A stretch of DNA of 64,000 bases from an uncultured delta proteobacterium. GTDB taxonomy: Bacteria; Desulfobacterota; Syntrophobacteria; BM002. The stretch lies in NCBI GenBank assembly GCA_963712115.1, contig CAVQGX010000020.1:96001-160000 (forward strand). The letters run 5' to 3'. Positions within the stretch are counted from its first letter, which is position 1. Each line of letters begins with the position of its first letter. A program made the position numbers and the translations under genes. Shown here piece by piece: positions 18,366-29,493 of the stretch. The notes under the pieces were generated by a model that was given only the letters and a program-made list of their open reading frames with translations, had not been told where the DNA came from and made no database searches.

Positions 18366-19617
18366 ATGGAAGGACCATTTTCCTCAAAAGAAGAGCGAAT
18401 TTTACCTCGAAAGCATGGTAGATCCGTAATACTTTATGTAGACACAAAGAGTAGAGGGGGGGGCGGAAGAACACCTTTTAACTCTAGCTGGTAACCTATC
18501 CCACAGGGGATGGTCGTGTGAGGTATGTTTACCTCGCCATCCTGCACTTGAGGGACTCACTAAGGAAATCCGGGATAGCGGCTCGTCGATTCGCCTGAGG
18601 GATTACATCGATAATGGTAAGCCTCTTCTAGGGGTCTATGGCTGTCGTATTTTCTTAAGTTCGTTGTCTTATTTTGCGGCCTCAAGACCTTCACTCATCC
18701 ATTCCACTCCTCTGCCAGAGCCTGATTTTTCCCGGCTACCTGTCCTTGCTGCAGCAATCGTTGGTATACCTTTCATTATGGCTTTTCACTTGCCGCTGGC
18801 CAAGACAGTACCACCGCTAAATAGAAAAATTTACCATTGGTTGGCGACTAAAAGTTCCTCTTGGCTCGCCCTGTCGAACCACAACAGCAAACTACTTCAG
18901 CAACATTTTTCATCTTCCTGTGGAAAGATTCCAGATTGTTCCCAATGGGATCGATTACGCGAAATTTCATGTTCAAGAAAAAGAGCGTCAAGAGGCGAGA
19001 AAAAAGGTGAGAGCCGAACTTGGATGTACAATAAAGACGCAAGATTAGTCATAGGCATTGGTAGGGTAGAGGAAAGAAAAGGATTCGGTTATCTCGCGGC
19101 AGCAATCCCTAGAGTGATCAATAAACACCCTGACACGATTTTTCTCTGGGCGGGCGAACTGCCGGATCAAGAAAGTTGTGGTCTCCACAATTCTTCTAAG
19201 TTTCAGGGTCTAATTGAAATACTGCGAGAGATAGAGGAACTCTGGCATGGACGGTCTTGCTTTCTCTTGCTAGGGCATCGAAAGGATGTTCCAAGACTCT
19301 TGGCTGCAGCAGATATTTTTGTTCTGCCCTCTCTTATAGAAGGACACCCACTGGCGCTTTTGGAGTCCATGGCTGCAGGATTACCCTGCATAGCAACCAG
19401 GGGACTTGGGCTCTCCGAAGTAATCACCCAGGAAAAGGACGGTCTGCTCGTGCCACCGAGGGACAGCAAGGCTCTGGCTGAATCGATAAGTCGTCTCCTA
19501 GCAGAAAAGAGATTGGCAAAGAGTCTAGGGAGAGCTGCAGCTGAGCGGGCAAAGGAGTTTGATCTGTCTGTCATGCTGGATAAATTGGAGAGTATATACG
19601 AAGAGCTGCTCAGATAG
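18366..19617 (+). CDS. GT4 glycosyltransferase with indels (frame switch at G8 tract 18456-18463; compensating pair ~18905-19030)
   Basis: ATG 18366 ..ILYVDTKSRGG|AEEHL; alternate frame gives IVPNGID; RKG, DIFVLPSLIEG, LESMAAGLP. Confidence 0.75.
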
Positions 19618-19735
19618 CTTCAAGTGAGCAGAGAGTTAACATTTTTAGATGTATTTTGCCACATTTAAGCCGCCGGATTAAAGTGGTTTTGCCGAAAACA
19701 GCCAGGAACTCGAACGTTTTGCGAGACTTGCAGAG

Positions 19736-20908
19736 ATGCTCATCGCCTTAGACTCCAGGCCTTTACTCAGGCCCCTCACTGGTGTTGGCTATTATACCTA
19801 TTACCTTCTGTGGCATATCCTTGAACAAGACAACCAGAATGACTACCTACTGATGGGACCACTAGGTCTTCGTCGAAACCTTATCGAGGCCAGGCTTCCC
19901 AAAGAAGAGAAGATTCTCAGGCTGAAACAAGCAGCTATTGGCAGGGTTAAGAGGAGGAGTTTATACAAGCGGCTAAAAATGGTTATGCTTTTCGGTCCGA
20001 GTGTTTTTTTTCGGATTTACTACTTGCGACGGAGAGCCAATCTTATCTTCGGCCCAAATTTTCTCGGCTTTTTCTCTTCCAATACCTCAACGGTCATCAC
20101 GGTTCATGACCTAAGCTATCTCATCTATCCGGATTGCATTGCCAAAAAGACTCTGAGAATTCTGCAAAAATACATGCCCAGACATCTTGCCAGAGCAGAC
20201 CGCATAATTGCCGTCTCTAAAAATACACAAAAAGACCTGGTGCGACTTTGCGGGGTACCTGAGGAGAAGATTTCAGTTGTCTATCCTGGTTATAATTCGG
20301 AGTTATTTAGACCGGCGAAGATAGAACACCAAGTACTTTCAGATAAGTTCGATTTGGAGCCGGGGTACATCTTATATGTTGGGACCATAGAGCCTCGCAA
20401 GAACCTTGTCACCCTGCTCGAGGCTTATAGGCTTCTTAGACAAAGAGGGATAACCGCTCCTTTGGTGCTCTGTGGTCCTGTCGGCTGGAAAAGCGAGCCC
20501 TTTTTCGCTACCTTGAGGACTTTGAGATCCGCGAATTCAGTGCGGCTTCTTGGCTATGTGGACGAACAATGGCTTCCTCTGCTTTACAATGGAGCATCAT
20601 GTTTCGTCTTTCCGTCTCTATACGAAGGGTTTGGTTTACCTGTGCTTGAGGCTATGGCCTGTGGCTGCCCAGTGGTCTGTTCAGGTGTCTCGGCCATACC
20701 GGAAGTGGTAGGCGGAGCGGGGCTACAGTTAGAGGATCCTATGAACGTAAAATTGCTGGCCGAGGCAATGTCTCGCATTTTAGAAGATCAAGATCTACGG
20801 GCAGAACTCAGAGCTGAGGGTATACAGCAGGCAAGTAATTTTTCTTGGAGAAAGACCGCCCGAGAGACATTGAAGATATTTGCTGACATGCTTAAGGGGG
20901 AGAGTTAA
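19736..20908 (+). CDS. GT4 glycosyltransferase (WbpY/MtfB-like)
   Basis: TGVGYY, TVHDL, VGTIEPRKN, FPSLYEGFGLPVLEAMACG. Confidence 0.9.
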   Translation: MLIALDSRPLLRPLTGVGYYTYYLLWHILEQDNQNDYLLMGPLGLRRNLIEARLPKEEKILRLKQAAIGRVKRRSLYKRLKMVMLFGPSVFFRIYYLRRRANLIFGPNFLGFFSSNTSTVITVHDLSYLIYPDCIAKKTLRILQKYMPRHLARADRIIAVSKNTQKDLVRLCGVPEEKISVVYPGYNSELFRPAKIEHQVLSDKFDLEPGYILYVGTIEPRKNLVTLLEAYRLLRQRGITAPLVLCGPVGWKSEPFFATLRTLRSANSVRLLGYVDEQWLPLLYNGASCFVFPSLYEGFGLPVLEAMACGCPVVCSGVSAIPEVVGGAGLQLEDPMNVKLLAEAMSRILEDQDLRAELRAEGIQQASNFSWRKTARETLKIFADMLKGES

Positions 20909-20955
20909 TTAAAGGGCAAGCCTTAACTGCGGTTAAAATCCAAAGATTTTCTACA

Positions 20956-22102
20956 TCACTTCAAGAGCACACTAAGGGTCTCACGGGCAGTACTTTCCCA
21001 GGTGAACTTCGCCGCCCGTGCGACTGATGCCCTTGAGAGTCGCTTGTAGTTCTGCTCGGTGCTAAACACCACTTCATCGATGCTCTTTGCCAAGGCCTCC
21101 ACATTCTGGGGATCCACCAGGACCGCCGCCTCCCCAGTCACCTCGCTAAGTGAAGGCACATAAGAAGTGATCACGGGCACACCGCACGCCATTGCTTCCA
21201 GAACTGGCAGACCAAAACCCTCATACAGGGATGGGTAGACAAAGACCTTGGCCATGGAATAGATGGAGGGGAGATCATCGTCGTCGGCGAAACCGGTGAA
21301 CACCACCCTCTCTTCGAGATTCAATCTCTTGACGGTTTCGAATATCTCCTCATATAACCAGCCCTTTTTCCCGGTAATAACAAGCTTTAACCTCTCTCGC
21401 GACTCGAGCATTCCCGTATGCTTCAAGCAGCATGGTAATGTTCTTTCTTGGCTCCAGCGTCCCAGTGAAAAGAAGGTAGGATTCCGGTAGGCCGTATTTT
21501 TCTCTTACCCTTTGATTCTTGGATATGTCATCTATCCTCATGAAACGATCATCTTTTCCCAGCGGAGTTACAGAAATCCGCTTCTCATGTACTCCGAGGT
21601 GATGGACGAGGTCTCTCTTTGTGGTCTCAGAGTTCACCAGGATTTCGTCGTAGGTGTTCAAATGAATTGCTCTGCTTAAACGATAATAATAAAGTGTGTG
21701 TTTGTAGTAGCACTCAGGAAAGAGCAGAGGAATTACATCGTGAATGAATACGAGTTGTCGTTTCGCCAATTTGAGTGGAAGGAGTGGCCAAATACTGCCT
21801 GTGTTGAAAAATAGGTCCACCCCAGTTTTTTTGCACAGATATGGGAGGTATAGGTGCAACCACAATGGAATGAGTATGACATCATTGGGGATGGATTTCT
21901 CCAAAAAATTCTTATCTAAGACCTTAACATTCGGATAGGCAGATAACCTATCAACATCACTTTTGTCGAGTGGGGAGGGACTAAAGAGGAAGTAGTTGTT
22001 ATTATTATCAATTTTGGCTAGATTGAGGGCGAGGTTGAAACCGTACTGACCGACGCCAGTTTTTTTCCCGTGCAGATGTTCAATACTAATACCGATATTC
22101 AT
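20956..22102 (-). CDS. GT4 glycosyltransferase (WbpY/MtfB-like), frameshifted near 21390-21410
   Basis: TGVGQY..GTLEPRKN in 21350-22102; GKKGW..YPSLYEGFGLP in 20956-21426. Confidence 0.8.
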
Positions 22103-22291
22103 GGTTCATCAGACCGTCCCATTGACATTATTTTATCAACCGTGCAAGAGTCATGCACAATTACCTATATACTCGGAATTGAAGAGATCTACAAATCCTC
22201 GATGGGGTGAACACCAAATGCGTATCCAACAATAGTGCTTTGCAGGCAATTTTGTTATAGACTCCATCTGGGCTAACAATTATTGGATCCG

Positions 22292-22308
22292 TTGGCAACA
22301 TTCTTGCT
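22292..22308 (+). promoter_or_regulatory. Sigma54 promoter
   Basis: TTGGCAACATTCTTGCT, 96 bp before the GT2 ATG at 22404. Confidence 0.75.
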
Positions 22309-22403
22309 ACTACTGAGTTGAGTCCTCAGATGGAGTATCCATTTGCCCTGTCGACAGAAAAAAGGAGGTTAAAGGTCTTGTTCATTACAGCAGGTGAGCG
22401 CAG

Positions 22404-23381
22404 ATGAAAGTCAGCGTGGTTATCCCCGCATACAATGCTGAGAACACCATTGGTCAAGCCGTGGCCCAAAGTCTTGCCCAGGCAAGAGAGTCATTGGAAG
22501 TTGAAGTCATTGTGGTTGATGACGGCTCTGATGATGATACTGCAAAGTTTGCCGAATCCGCCGGGGCGACGGTTATAAGGCAGGAAAATGCAGGTCCTGC
22601 GGCAGCCCGTAATCAAGGCTGGAAATCTGCCACAGGCCAGGTCATCTGTTTTACCGATTCAGACTGTGTTCCAACGGCGGGTTGGTTGGAAAACCTGCTG
22701 GCCGGCTTCACTGACGGGCAGGTAGGTGCAGTGGCGGGCAGCTATGAAATTGCCAACGCCAGTTCATGGTTGGCCCAATGGGTGCACCAGGAAATAATGG
22801 AAAGACACAAGCGGATGCCCCCCTTTGTCCGGGCTTTTGGCTCCTATAACGTAGCGATTCCACGCTATGTGCTGCAGGCAACCGGGGGATTTGAGCCAAA
22901 ATATCGCCAAGCAAGCGGTGAGGACAATGATCTTTCTTACAAGATCATCAAAAAGGATTGGCGCATAGCTTTCAGGCCTCAGGCAAAGGTTGCTCACTAT
23001 CACCCTGAGAGGGTTTGGAAATACTTGAAGGAGCAGTACCGTCACGGATTCTGGCGGGCAAAGCTCTACCAGGACCATCCTGATATGATCCGTGGAGATG
23101 ATTACACCAGGTTGCGAGACAGGTTGGAGCCGATTTTTGTGCTGGGGATTTGGGCTTGTGCAATATTAGCCGTGTTTGGCATTATTGGCTCCAATTGGCC
23201 GCTGTTGGTTTTACTCGGAGCTTATACGGCCATCCATTTATCCTGGCCAATTAGCTGGTGGCTGGGGGAAGGAAAGGTTGGAGGTTTTCCTTTCGCCGGT
23301 GTAACTTTCTTGCGAGGTTTTGCCCGGACTGCCGGCTTATGCATGGGCATTTTTCAGCTTGGATTCAAGAAGTCAGGCTGA
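22404..23381 (+). CDS. GT2 glycosyltransferase with C-terminal TM segments
   Basis: VSVVIPAYN, VDDGS, GPAAARN, FTDSD, GED. Confidence 0.85.
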   Translation: MKVSVVIPAYNAENTIGQAVAQSLAQARESLEVEVIVVDDGSDDDTAKFAESAGATVIRQENAGPAAARNQGWKSATGQVICFTDSDCVPTAGWLENLLAGFTDGQVGAVAGSYEIANASSWLAQWVHQEIMERHKRMPPFVRAFGSYNVAIPRYVLQATGGFEPKYRQASGEDNDLSYKIIKKDWRIAFRPQAKVAHYHPERVWKYLKEQYRHGFWRAKLYQDHPDMIRGDDYTRLRDRLEPIFVLGIWACAILAVFGIIGSNWPLLVLLGAYTAIHLSWPISWWLGEGKVGGFPFAGVTFLRGFARTAGLCMGIFQLGFKKSG

Positions 23382-23446
23382 AATGCTAATGTTTAACCGC
23401 TTATAATAGCTGCCAACAACTGAAAGATAAGAATGTACATCTAGCT

Positions 23447-24163
23447 ATGGATCAAAGACTGTCGAAAAAAACCTTAATTATTGTGCCTGCCTACAATGAA
23501 GACGGCTCAATCGCCCGAGTGGTGGAGCATATCCGCAAAAACGTTCCACAAGCAGATATCCTGGTAGTCGACGACGGTTCCCAGGACAGAACGGCACGGA
23601 GGGCAAGAGAAAGCGGGGCTATGGTTATCAGCCTTCCCTACAACATGGGTATCGGCAGTGCAGTGCAGAGCGGCTTTCTTTTTGCCAAACAAAAAGGCTA
23701 CCACTTCGCCGTTCAAGTAGATGGCGACGGTCAGCACCCGGCAAGTGAGATTCCTCGTTTACTGGCAGCGCTGGAAAATGGTGTGGACATGGCCATCGGC
23801 TCCCGTTTTGTCCAGTTGACCAATTACCGGCCACCATTGTTGCGGGCAGTGGGCATAAAGATTTTTTCCTTCTTGGTCAGCTTAATCGTGGGCAAAAAGG
23901 TATATGATACTACCTCAGGTTTCAGGGCTTGCGGACGAAAGGCGATCGTTCTTCTTACCGAGACCTACCCCCACGACTACCCTGAGGTAGAGGCGTTGAT
24001 AACTTTGCACAGAAACGGGATGAGGTTTGTTGAGGTACCCGTGGAAATGAACTATCGCCAGGAGGGTGAGTCCTCCATATCCGCCAAAGCCGGATTATAC
24101 TACATGTTGAAAGTAACGCTGGCCGTTTTGGTGGCTGTTATCAAGAGGAGGAATGGAGAATGA
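23447..24163 (+). CDS. DPM1-like GT2 (polyprenol-phosphate sugar synthase-like)
   Basis: PAYNE, VDDGS, DGDGQH, GSRF, DTTSGFRA, YPEVE. Confidence 0.8.
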   Translation: MDQRLSKKTLIIVPAYNEDGSIARVVEHIRKNVPQADILVVDDGSQDRTARRARESGAMVISLPYNMGIGSAVQSGFLFAKQKGYHFAVQVDGDGQHPASEIPRLLAALENGVDMAIGSRFVQLTNYRPPLLRAVGIKIFSFLVSLIVGKKVYDTTSGFRACGRKAIVLLTETYPHDYPEVEALITLHRNGMRFVEVPVEMNYRQEGESSISAKAGLYYMLKVTLAVLVAVIKRRNGE

Positions 24164-24528
24164 TGGAAATCGCCACACATCTGCGGATCATCATAGGTGT
24201 CCTTTGTTTTGCCTTGGTTGGCATCATCATCGAGCTCATTCGACAGAATCGGTTGAAAGAGCACTATGCCATCATCTGGTTGTTGACCGCTGTGAGTATC
24301 TTTGTTTTCGGCATCTGGCCGGACTTGCTCAATCTCATTTCTCGCTTTGTCCGGCTGCACCATTTGACCACCCTATTCATGGTGGCCTTTCTCTTTCTGC
24401 TGGCCATTGTGTTGCATTTTACCCTTGCTATTAGTCAACTTTTCGACCGAAACAAGCGCTTAACCCAGGAGGTGGCATGGTTGAGGTTTGAGCTTGAGCA
24501 GGTGAAGGGTCAGGAACCCCAGGAATAA
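24160..24528 (+). CDS. DUF2304-type small membrane protein (partner of DPM1-like GT2)
   Basis: 3 TM segments plus C-terminal coiled coil KRLTQEVA; ATGA overlap with the GT2. Confidence 0.75.
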   Translation: MMEIATHLRIIIGVLCFALVGIIIELIRQNRLKEHYAIIWLLTAVSIFVFGIWPDLLNLISRFVRLHHLTTLFMVAFLFLLAIVLHFTLAISQLFDRNKRLTQEVAWLRFELEQVKGQEPQE

Positions 24529-24539
24529 AACTAGAACAG

Positions 24540-26355
24540 ATGGACACGGGAGATAAAATTGTAGGGAGACTTTTTTCAAGGAGCAGTCATCGTCTCCTAA
24601 TATGTTTGGCCCTCTGCATATCAATATTTGCAGTATATTGGCAGGTCTGGGATCACTCATTTGTCAACTACGATGACACCCTCTATGTAACTAAGAATCC
24701 CTATGTGCAGGCCGGACTGACCTCCAGGGGTATCACCTGGTCCTTGACTGCTACCCATGGGGGCAACTGGCATCCTCTGACCTGGCTGTCACACATGCTA
24801 GATTGCCACCTCTTTGGGATGGATCCAGGGTGGCATCATTTTAGCAGTCTGCTTTTTCATACGGCAAACTCTTTGCTGCTTTTTCTGGCACTGAACCGCA
24901 TGACCGGCGGACTGTGGCGGAGTGCTTTTGTCGCCGGCACTCTTTGCCCTCCACCCTCTTCATGTGGAATCGGTCGCTTGGGTGGCGGAGCGCAAGGATG
25001 TACTAAGCACCTTTTTCTTGTTCCTGACACTTTTGAGCTACATTTGGTATGTCGAGCGTCCCGGATTCTACCGTTACCTGTTAATAATTCTATCTTTTGT
25101 CTTGGGCCTTATGGCCAAGCCCATGGTGGTGACACTGCCATTTGTTCTGCTCTTGCTGGACTATTGGCCCCTCGGACGCTTACCAGTTGGCCGCCTGCAA
25201 GGTGCTTCACTCCCACCAACTGATCCACTTGTGAGTTCCAGAAATGTGGTCTCCCAAGCCCGCCCTCTGCTTTGGGAAAAGATTCCACTTTTTGTCGTTG
25301 CGGCAGTTTCGAGCGTCATAACGTATCTGGCCCAAGATAGTCACAATGCCGTTAAGACTCTAATCAAGTTTCCTCTGGAATGCCGTCTTGCCAATGGGCT
25401 GGTTTCCTACACTAATTACCTTGCCAAGATGGTCTGGCCTAAAGATCTGGCGGTTTTCTACCCTCATCCGGGTCAAAGCTTGCCCATTTGGCAGGCTGTC
25501 TTAGCCGGCCTGATATTGCTGATCATATCCATTGCGGTTATCCGATTAGGACGGCGATATCCATATCTGCCAGTGGGTTGGCTTTGGTATGTTGGAACTC
25601 TGGTACCGGTAATTGGACTGGTGCAAGTGGGAGAACAGGCCATGGCCGACCGTTACACCTATGTGCCCCTGATAGGTTTGTTTGTCATCATAGCGTGGGG
25701 TGTTCCCGACCTTGTGTCAGGATGGGCATATGGGAGAACCGCGTTGGCCGTTACCGCAGCCGTTGTTCTTTCTGTTTTAATGGTAAGCACCTGGAAACAA
25801 CTGCATCACTGGAAGAGCAGCACTGCACTTTTTGAACACACCCTTGATGTTACCGGAGGCAACTCTGTGGCGCACTTCGGCTTGGGGAACGCTTTGTTAG
25901 AAGAGGGCAAGACAGCCGAGGCAATCCATCATTATTCTGAGGCCTTGCGTTTAGATCCTGGATATGTGGGAGCACGAATCAATTGGGGAATTGCACTCCT
26001 AGACCAAGGCAGACCGGCTGATGCCATCAACCACTTTTTTGAGGTCCTGAGAATTAATCCTGAAGATGGCCGAGTATACCTCAACCTGGGCGTTGCCTTA
26101 GCAAGAGAGGGCAGGACAGCTGAGGCTATGGACTACTATTTTAAAGCATCACTTCAAGATCCTGTTCACGCTTCTATTGCCTACTACAATATTGCTTGCG
26201 AGTATGCCAAGCAAAACAAAAAGGAGGAATCTATTGTTTGGCTTGAAAAAGCAATAAGGAAAGGTTTTAGGAATTGGAAGCATATCAAAGCTGATAAGGA
26301 TTTGGATAATATTCGAAGTTCTGCACGCTATAAAGAGCTTATTAAAGACCACTGA
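24540..26355 (+). CDS. TMTC-like GT-C/TPR glycosyltransferase (paralog 2), +1 indel near 24937
   Basis: FVNYDD, NWHPLTWLSH, HPLHVESVAWVAERKD, ADRYTYVP, TPRs; ORFs 24540-25223 and 24922-26355 join at SAFVA|ALFAL. Confidence 0.8.
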
Positions 26356-26376
26356 ACTAGCCCGCGACACTGCTGA

Positions 26377-28476
26377 CTAATCAGTAAGCTTATTTGCCTC
26401 CTTCAGGGCTAGATCCAGATTTTGGCGTGCTTGCACATATCCCGGTTTTAGCTTCACTGCCTCTGAGAAATGGACTATTGCCTTTTCGAGCATTCCCAGA
26501 CCAGCACAGGTCACTCCCATATTATTGTGGGCTTCGGCGTAATCCGGCTGGATCTCTAGAGCTTGCCCATAGTGGTTGATTGCCCCCTCGAGATTTCCCA
26601 CGCTTGCTAGGGCAACACCCAGATCATTGTGCGCCGTAGCAGAATTGGGCTGAAACCGCACCACTGCAGCGTAGTGCTCAATCGCTTCTTCCATTTTTCC
26701 CAGACGGGATAGGGCAATGGCCAGATTATGATGTATATCTGCCTCGTTCGGCTTGAGCCGCAAAGCTTCCACATATTCGGTAACTGCCTCATTAATCCTT
26801 CCTTGGGTGAAAAGAACATTTCCCAGGTTACTGTGGGCCTCGGCCCAATCCGGCTTCAACCGCACTGCAGCATAAAAATGACCGACCGCTTCCTCCACTT
26901 TTCCCGTTTGTAGGAGCGCAAGGGCTAAATTGTTGTGTGCCGAAGAATACTCCTTCTTTAAGCGAAGTGCCCGGTGGTAATGATCAATAGCCTCTTGGTA
27001 CTTCCCTTGTGAGGCCAGGACAAGACCGAAATTGTTATGAGCCTGGGCATAATCGGGCTTGAGCCGCAAAGCCTCCAAATAATGTCCAATCGCTTCATCC
27101 CGCCTTCCTTTCTCGTCCAGGGCATCTGCCAGATTCTTGTGCGCAATTGGACTATTGGGCGCCTTACTCAGACTGTCCTCCCAGAGGGATAGACTGTTTG
27201 CCCAAACCTTGTTCCGCTGGACGGTGAGGAAAGAAAGCGAAAATACCAAGACAAGTGAAGTTATGATTATAGGTATGGAGGTTCTGCCGAAAAACCTTGC
27301 CGACACTTTATGCACTAACAATGAAAATCCGAGAAATAAGCCTACCCCAGGCAAATAGAGGTAACGATCGGCCATGGTTGTCGATATGGGAATAATATTG
27401 GATACAGGAAACCAGGCGATAAGAAACCAACCGATACAGAAAAGTGCTAGCTTCTCCCCCTTTTTTATCTGCAGGAACAACAGAAGAGCTAAGAAAGTAA
27501 TAAGGCAAAATGAGATGATGACCTTGTATTCAAAAAAAGATAGCGATATATAGTCGACATATCGATTATTAAGCCAGAATGGAAAGAAAATATTTTTTAT
27601 ATAATCATAAAGCACTCTGAACATGGTTAGAAAGGTAAAAAGGGGGTTATCCATATAATGTCGTTTGACTGTTGGATCGGGGCCGGTAGATAATACATTT
27701 GATAGAATAATAAATTGCATAAGGGCCAATAATAGGTAGGGAATGTAGTAGATTAGCCGCTTTTTAAAGCTTTTCCATGGGAAAATGTCACGGTAACGAC
27801 AGTAGTCATACAGCATCAATAAACCAGGCAGGGTTACAGCAAATGGGCTTGAGAGCAGTGCCAAGATACAGGTTAATATAGAAAACAAATAGGGCAGAAG
27901 GCCGAGTTGTGCCTTGACCGAGCTCCTTACGTATAGATAGAAAGAAAGAAAATAAAAGAAAGCCAAGAGCACGTATTTTCTCGAGGCTATCCAGGTAACC
28001 GCTTCCACATTCACCGGATGAACTGAGAAGAGCAGCGCCGTTAAGAGTGAAATAGTCCCATTAGAGTCTCTAAAGTTATCCCCACGTACTTGGTTCAATA
28101 CATTGGCGAGGAGAAGGTAAAGAATAATTGCAGACAATGTGTGCAGAAGGGTATTTGCAAGGTGGTAACCTATCGGATTCAGCTCCCAAATATAATAATC
28201 GAGTGCATAACTCAACACCCTCACCGGTTGGTAAGTTTGGCCGGGTTTGGGAGTAAAGATGCTCAAAAGATTTTTAAAGCCCAGTGATCTTATGGCAACG
28301 TTTTGAATGACGAGAGTTGGATCATCCCAGTTGGTGAAACCATTAGTAAGAGTATTGGCATATACTGTTAGCGACAATAGCACTATGCAGGCGATAGACC
28401 AGAGAGAGAACCTTCTCGTGGCGGCATGATCAAAATTCATATTAAAGATCGGTCTTTTCTTCTCTCTGGTGATCAT
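26377..28476 (-). CDS. TMTC-like GT-C/TPR glycosyltransferase (paralog 3)
   Basis: FTNWDD, YQPVR, HPVNVEAVTWIASRK, MADRYLYLP, RNKVW, TPR array; ATGA overlap with the flippase gene. Confidence 0.85.
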   Translation of the reverse strand: MITREKKRPIFNMNFDHAATRRFSLWSIACIVLLSLTVYANTLTNGFTNWDDPTLVIQNVAIRSLGFKNLLSIFTPKPGQTYQPVRVLSYALDYYIWELNPIGYHLANTLLHTLSAIILYLLLANVLNQVRGDNFRDSNGTISLLTALLFSVHPVNVEAVTWIASRKYVLLAFFYFLSFYLYVRSSVKAQLGLLPYLFSILTCILALLSSPFAVTLPGLLMLYDYCRYRDIFPWKSFKKRLIYYIPYLLLALMQFIILSNVLSTGPDPTVKRHYMDNPLFTFLTMFRVLYDYIKNIFFPFWLNNRYVDYISLSFFEYKVIISFCLITFLALLLFLQIKKGEKLALFCIGWFLIAWFPVSNIIPISTTMADRYLYLPGVGLFLGFSLLVHKVSARFFGRTSIPIIITSLVLVFSLSFLTVQRNKVWANSLSLWEDSLSKAPNSPIAHKNLADALDEKGRRDEAIGHYLEALRLKPDYAQAHNNFGLVLASQGKYQEAIDHYHRALRLKKEYSSAHNNLALALLQTGKVEEAVGHFYAAVRLKPDWAEAHSNLGNVLFTQGRINEAVTEYVEALRLKPNEADIHHNLAIALSRLGKMEEAIEHYAAVVRFQPNSATAHNDLGVALASVGNLEGAINHYGQALEIQPDYAEAHNNMGVTCAGLGMLEKAIVHFSEAVKLKPGYVQARQNLDLALKEANKLTD

Positions 28477-29408
28477 ATTTTTATTTCTTTGTCGGCTGAT
28501 TTCATCAGCCCATTTACTCCAAGATGCCAGCCAGCCAGCAGTCCCATTAGCAAGGGGAGTAAGGACCATACCAATCTGTCAATGGCAACAAAACCAATAC
28601 TCACCGATGCTGATGCGCCTGCCCGACTTAATAACTCTATAATTGAAACATCCTTGACACCTATACCCATGGGTATGAGAGATAAGAGCCCGGCTAGGTG
28701 TGAGGCAAGGTAGATGAATACGAATTCCATCAGTCTCGTAGTCGCCCCGAGGCCTGTCAACACAATCCAACCGGCGACACCGTTCAAGAGTGCCTTGGCA
28801 GCGGCTATGAGGACACAGTATAAGGTAATCCATGGAGAGATTTTACCCAACTCAGAGAAGAAACGGTCAATCCAGGAGGACCGCTCTGTCCGGGCAGGAT
28901 GCAACTTCTGATAGAGGGCGGCTGAACCGAATAGGCAAGTGAGGGCGACTGCTCCAAGACCGAGCCCCACCAAAGGGTCAATGAAGATCCAGGCTGAAAA
29001 AGAAACGGTCAAAGCCACCATTACAAGAACATCCAGGCCTGTCGTTGCCATTAAGGAGGCTACGCCGGCTGTGTAGGGAATTCCAAGAACGTGTTTGAAT
29101 AGAAATAGTCTTACAGGTATGCCCAATTTCAAAGGACCGGCATAGTTAAATGAGTGTGAAGCAAAAAGAACCTGGGAGAGTTTGAATAGAGAATCAATAT
29201 TACATATCCTGCTGATAATGATATTGAAGTAGTAAATATTAAGCAGCTGAACAAGAAAAAATAGACATATGACCGCCAACCAGCGTTTATATGAAAGGAG
29301 AGAGAAAATACTTAAGTCTATTTCTGGTATTAATTTTGAGAGATATACTATTGTTAGCAAGAACAAAAAGGAAGGAATTAGGATGCGAATTGATTTAGTA
29401 AGATTCAA
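28473..29408 (-). CDS. Lysylphosphatidylglycerol synthase TM-domain (YbhN/UPF0104) flippase-like protein
   Basis: Polytopic; N..P.KLG..R and IPMGIGVKD motifs. Confidence 0.7.
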   Translation of the reverse strand: MNLTKSIRILIPSFLFLLTIVYLSKLIPEIDLSIFSLLSYKRWLAVICLFFLVQLLNIYYFNIIISRICNIDSLFKLSQVLFASHSFNYAGPLKLGIPVRLFLFKHVLGIPYTAGVASLMATTGLDVLVMVALTVSFSAWIFIDPLVGLGLGAVALTCLFGSAALYQKLHPARTERSSWIDRFFSELGKISPWITLYCVLIAAAKALLNGVAGWIVLTGLGATTRLMEFVFIYLASHLAGLLSLIPMGIGVKDVSIIELLSRAGASASVSIGFVAIDRLVWSLLPLLMGLLAGWHLGVNGLMKSADKEIKI

Positions 29409-29493
29409 AATAATTCCTTGACTTAATGTAGACTAAATTTAAAAGCTCTTAAATAAAAATAACAATTCAATCACTCGGGGTAAATTTTGTCTC

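Noticed and set aside
26400-27170. ~102-bp periodic similarity resembling an array or diversity-generating repeat
   Set aside because: Explained by 34-aa TPR coding repeats; no CRISPR repeat-spacer pattern, no reverse transcriptase
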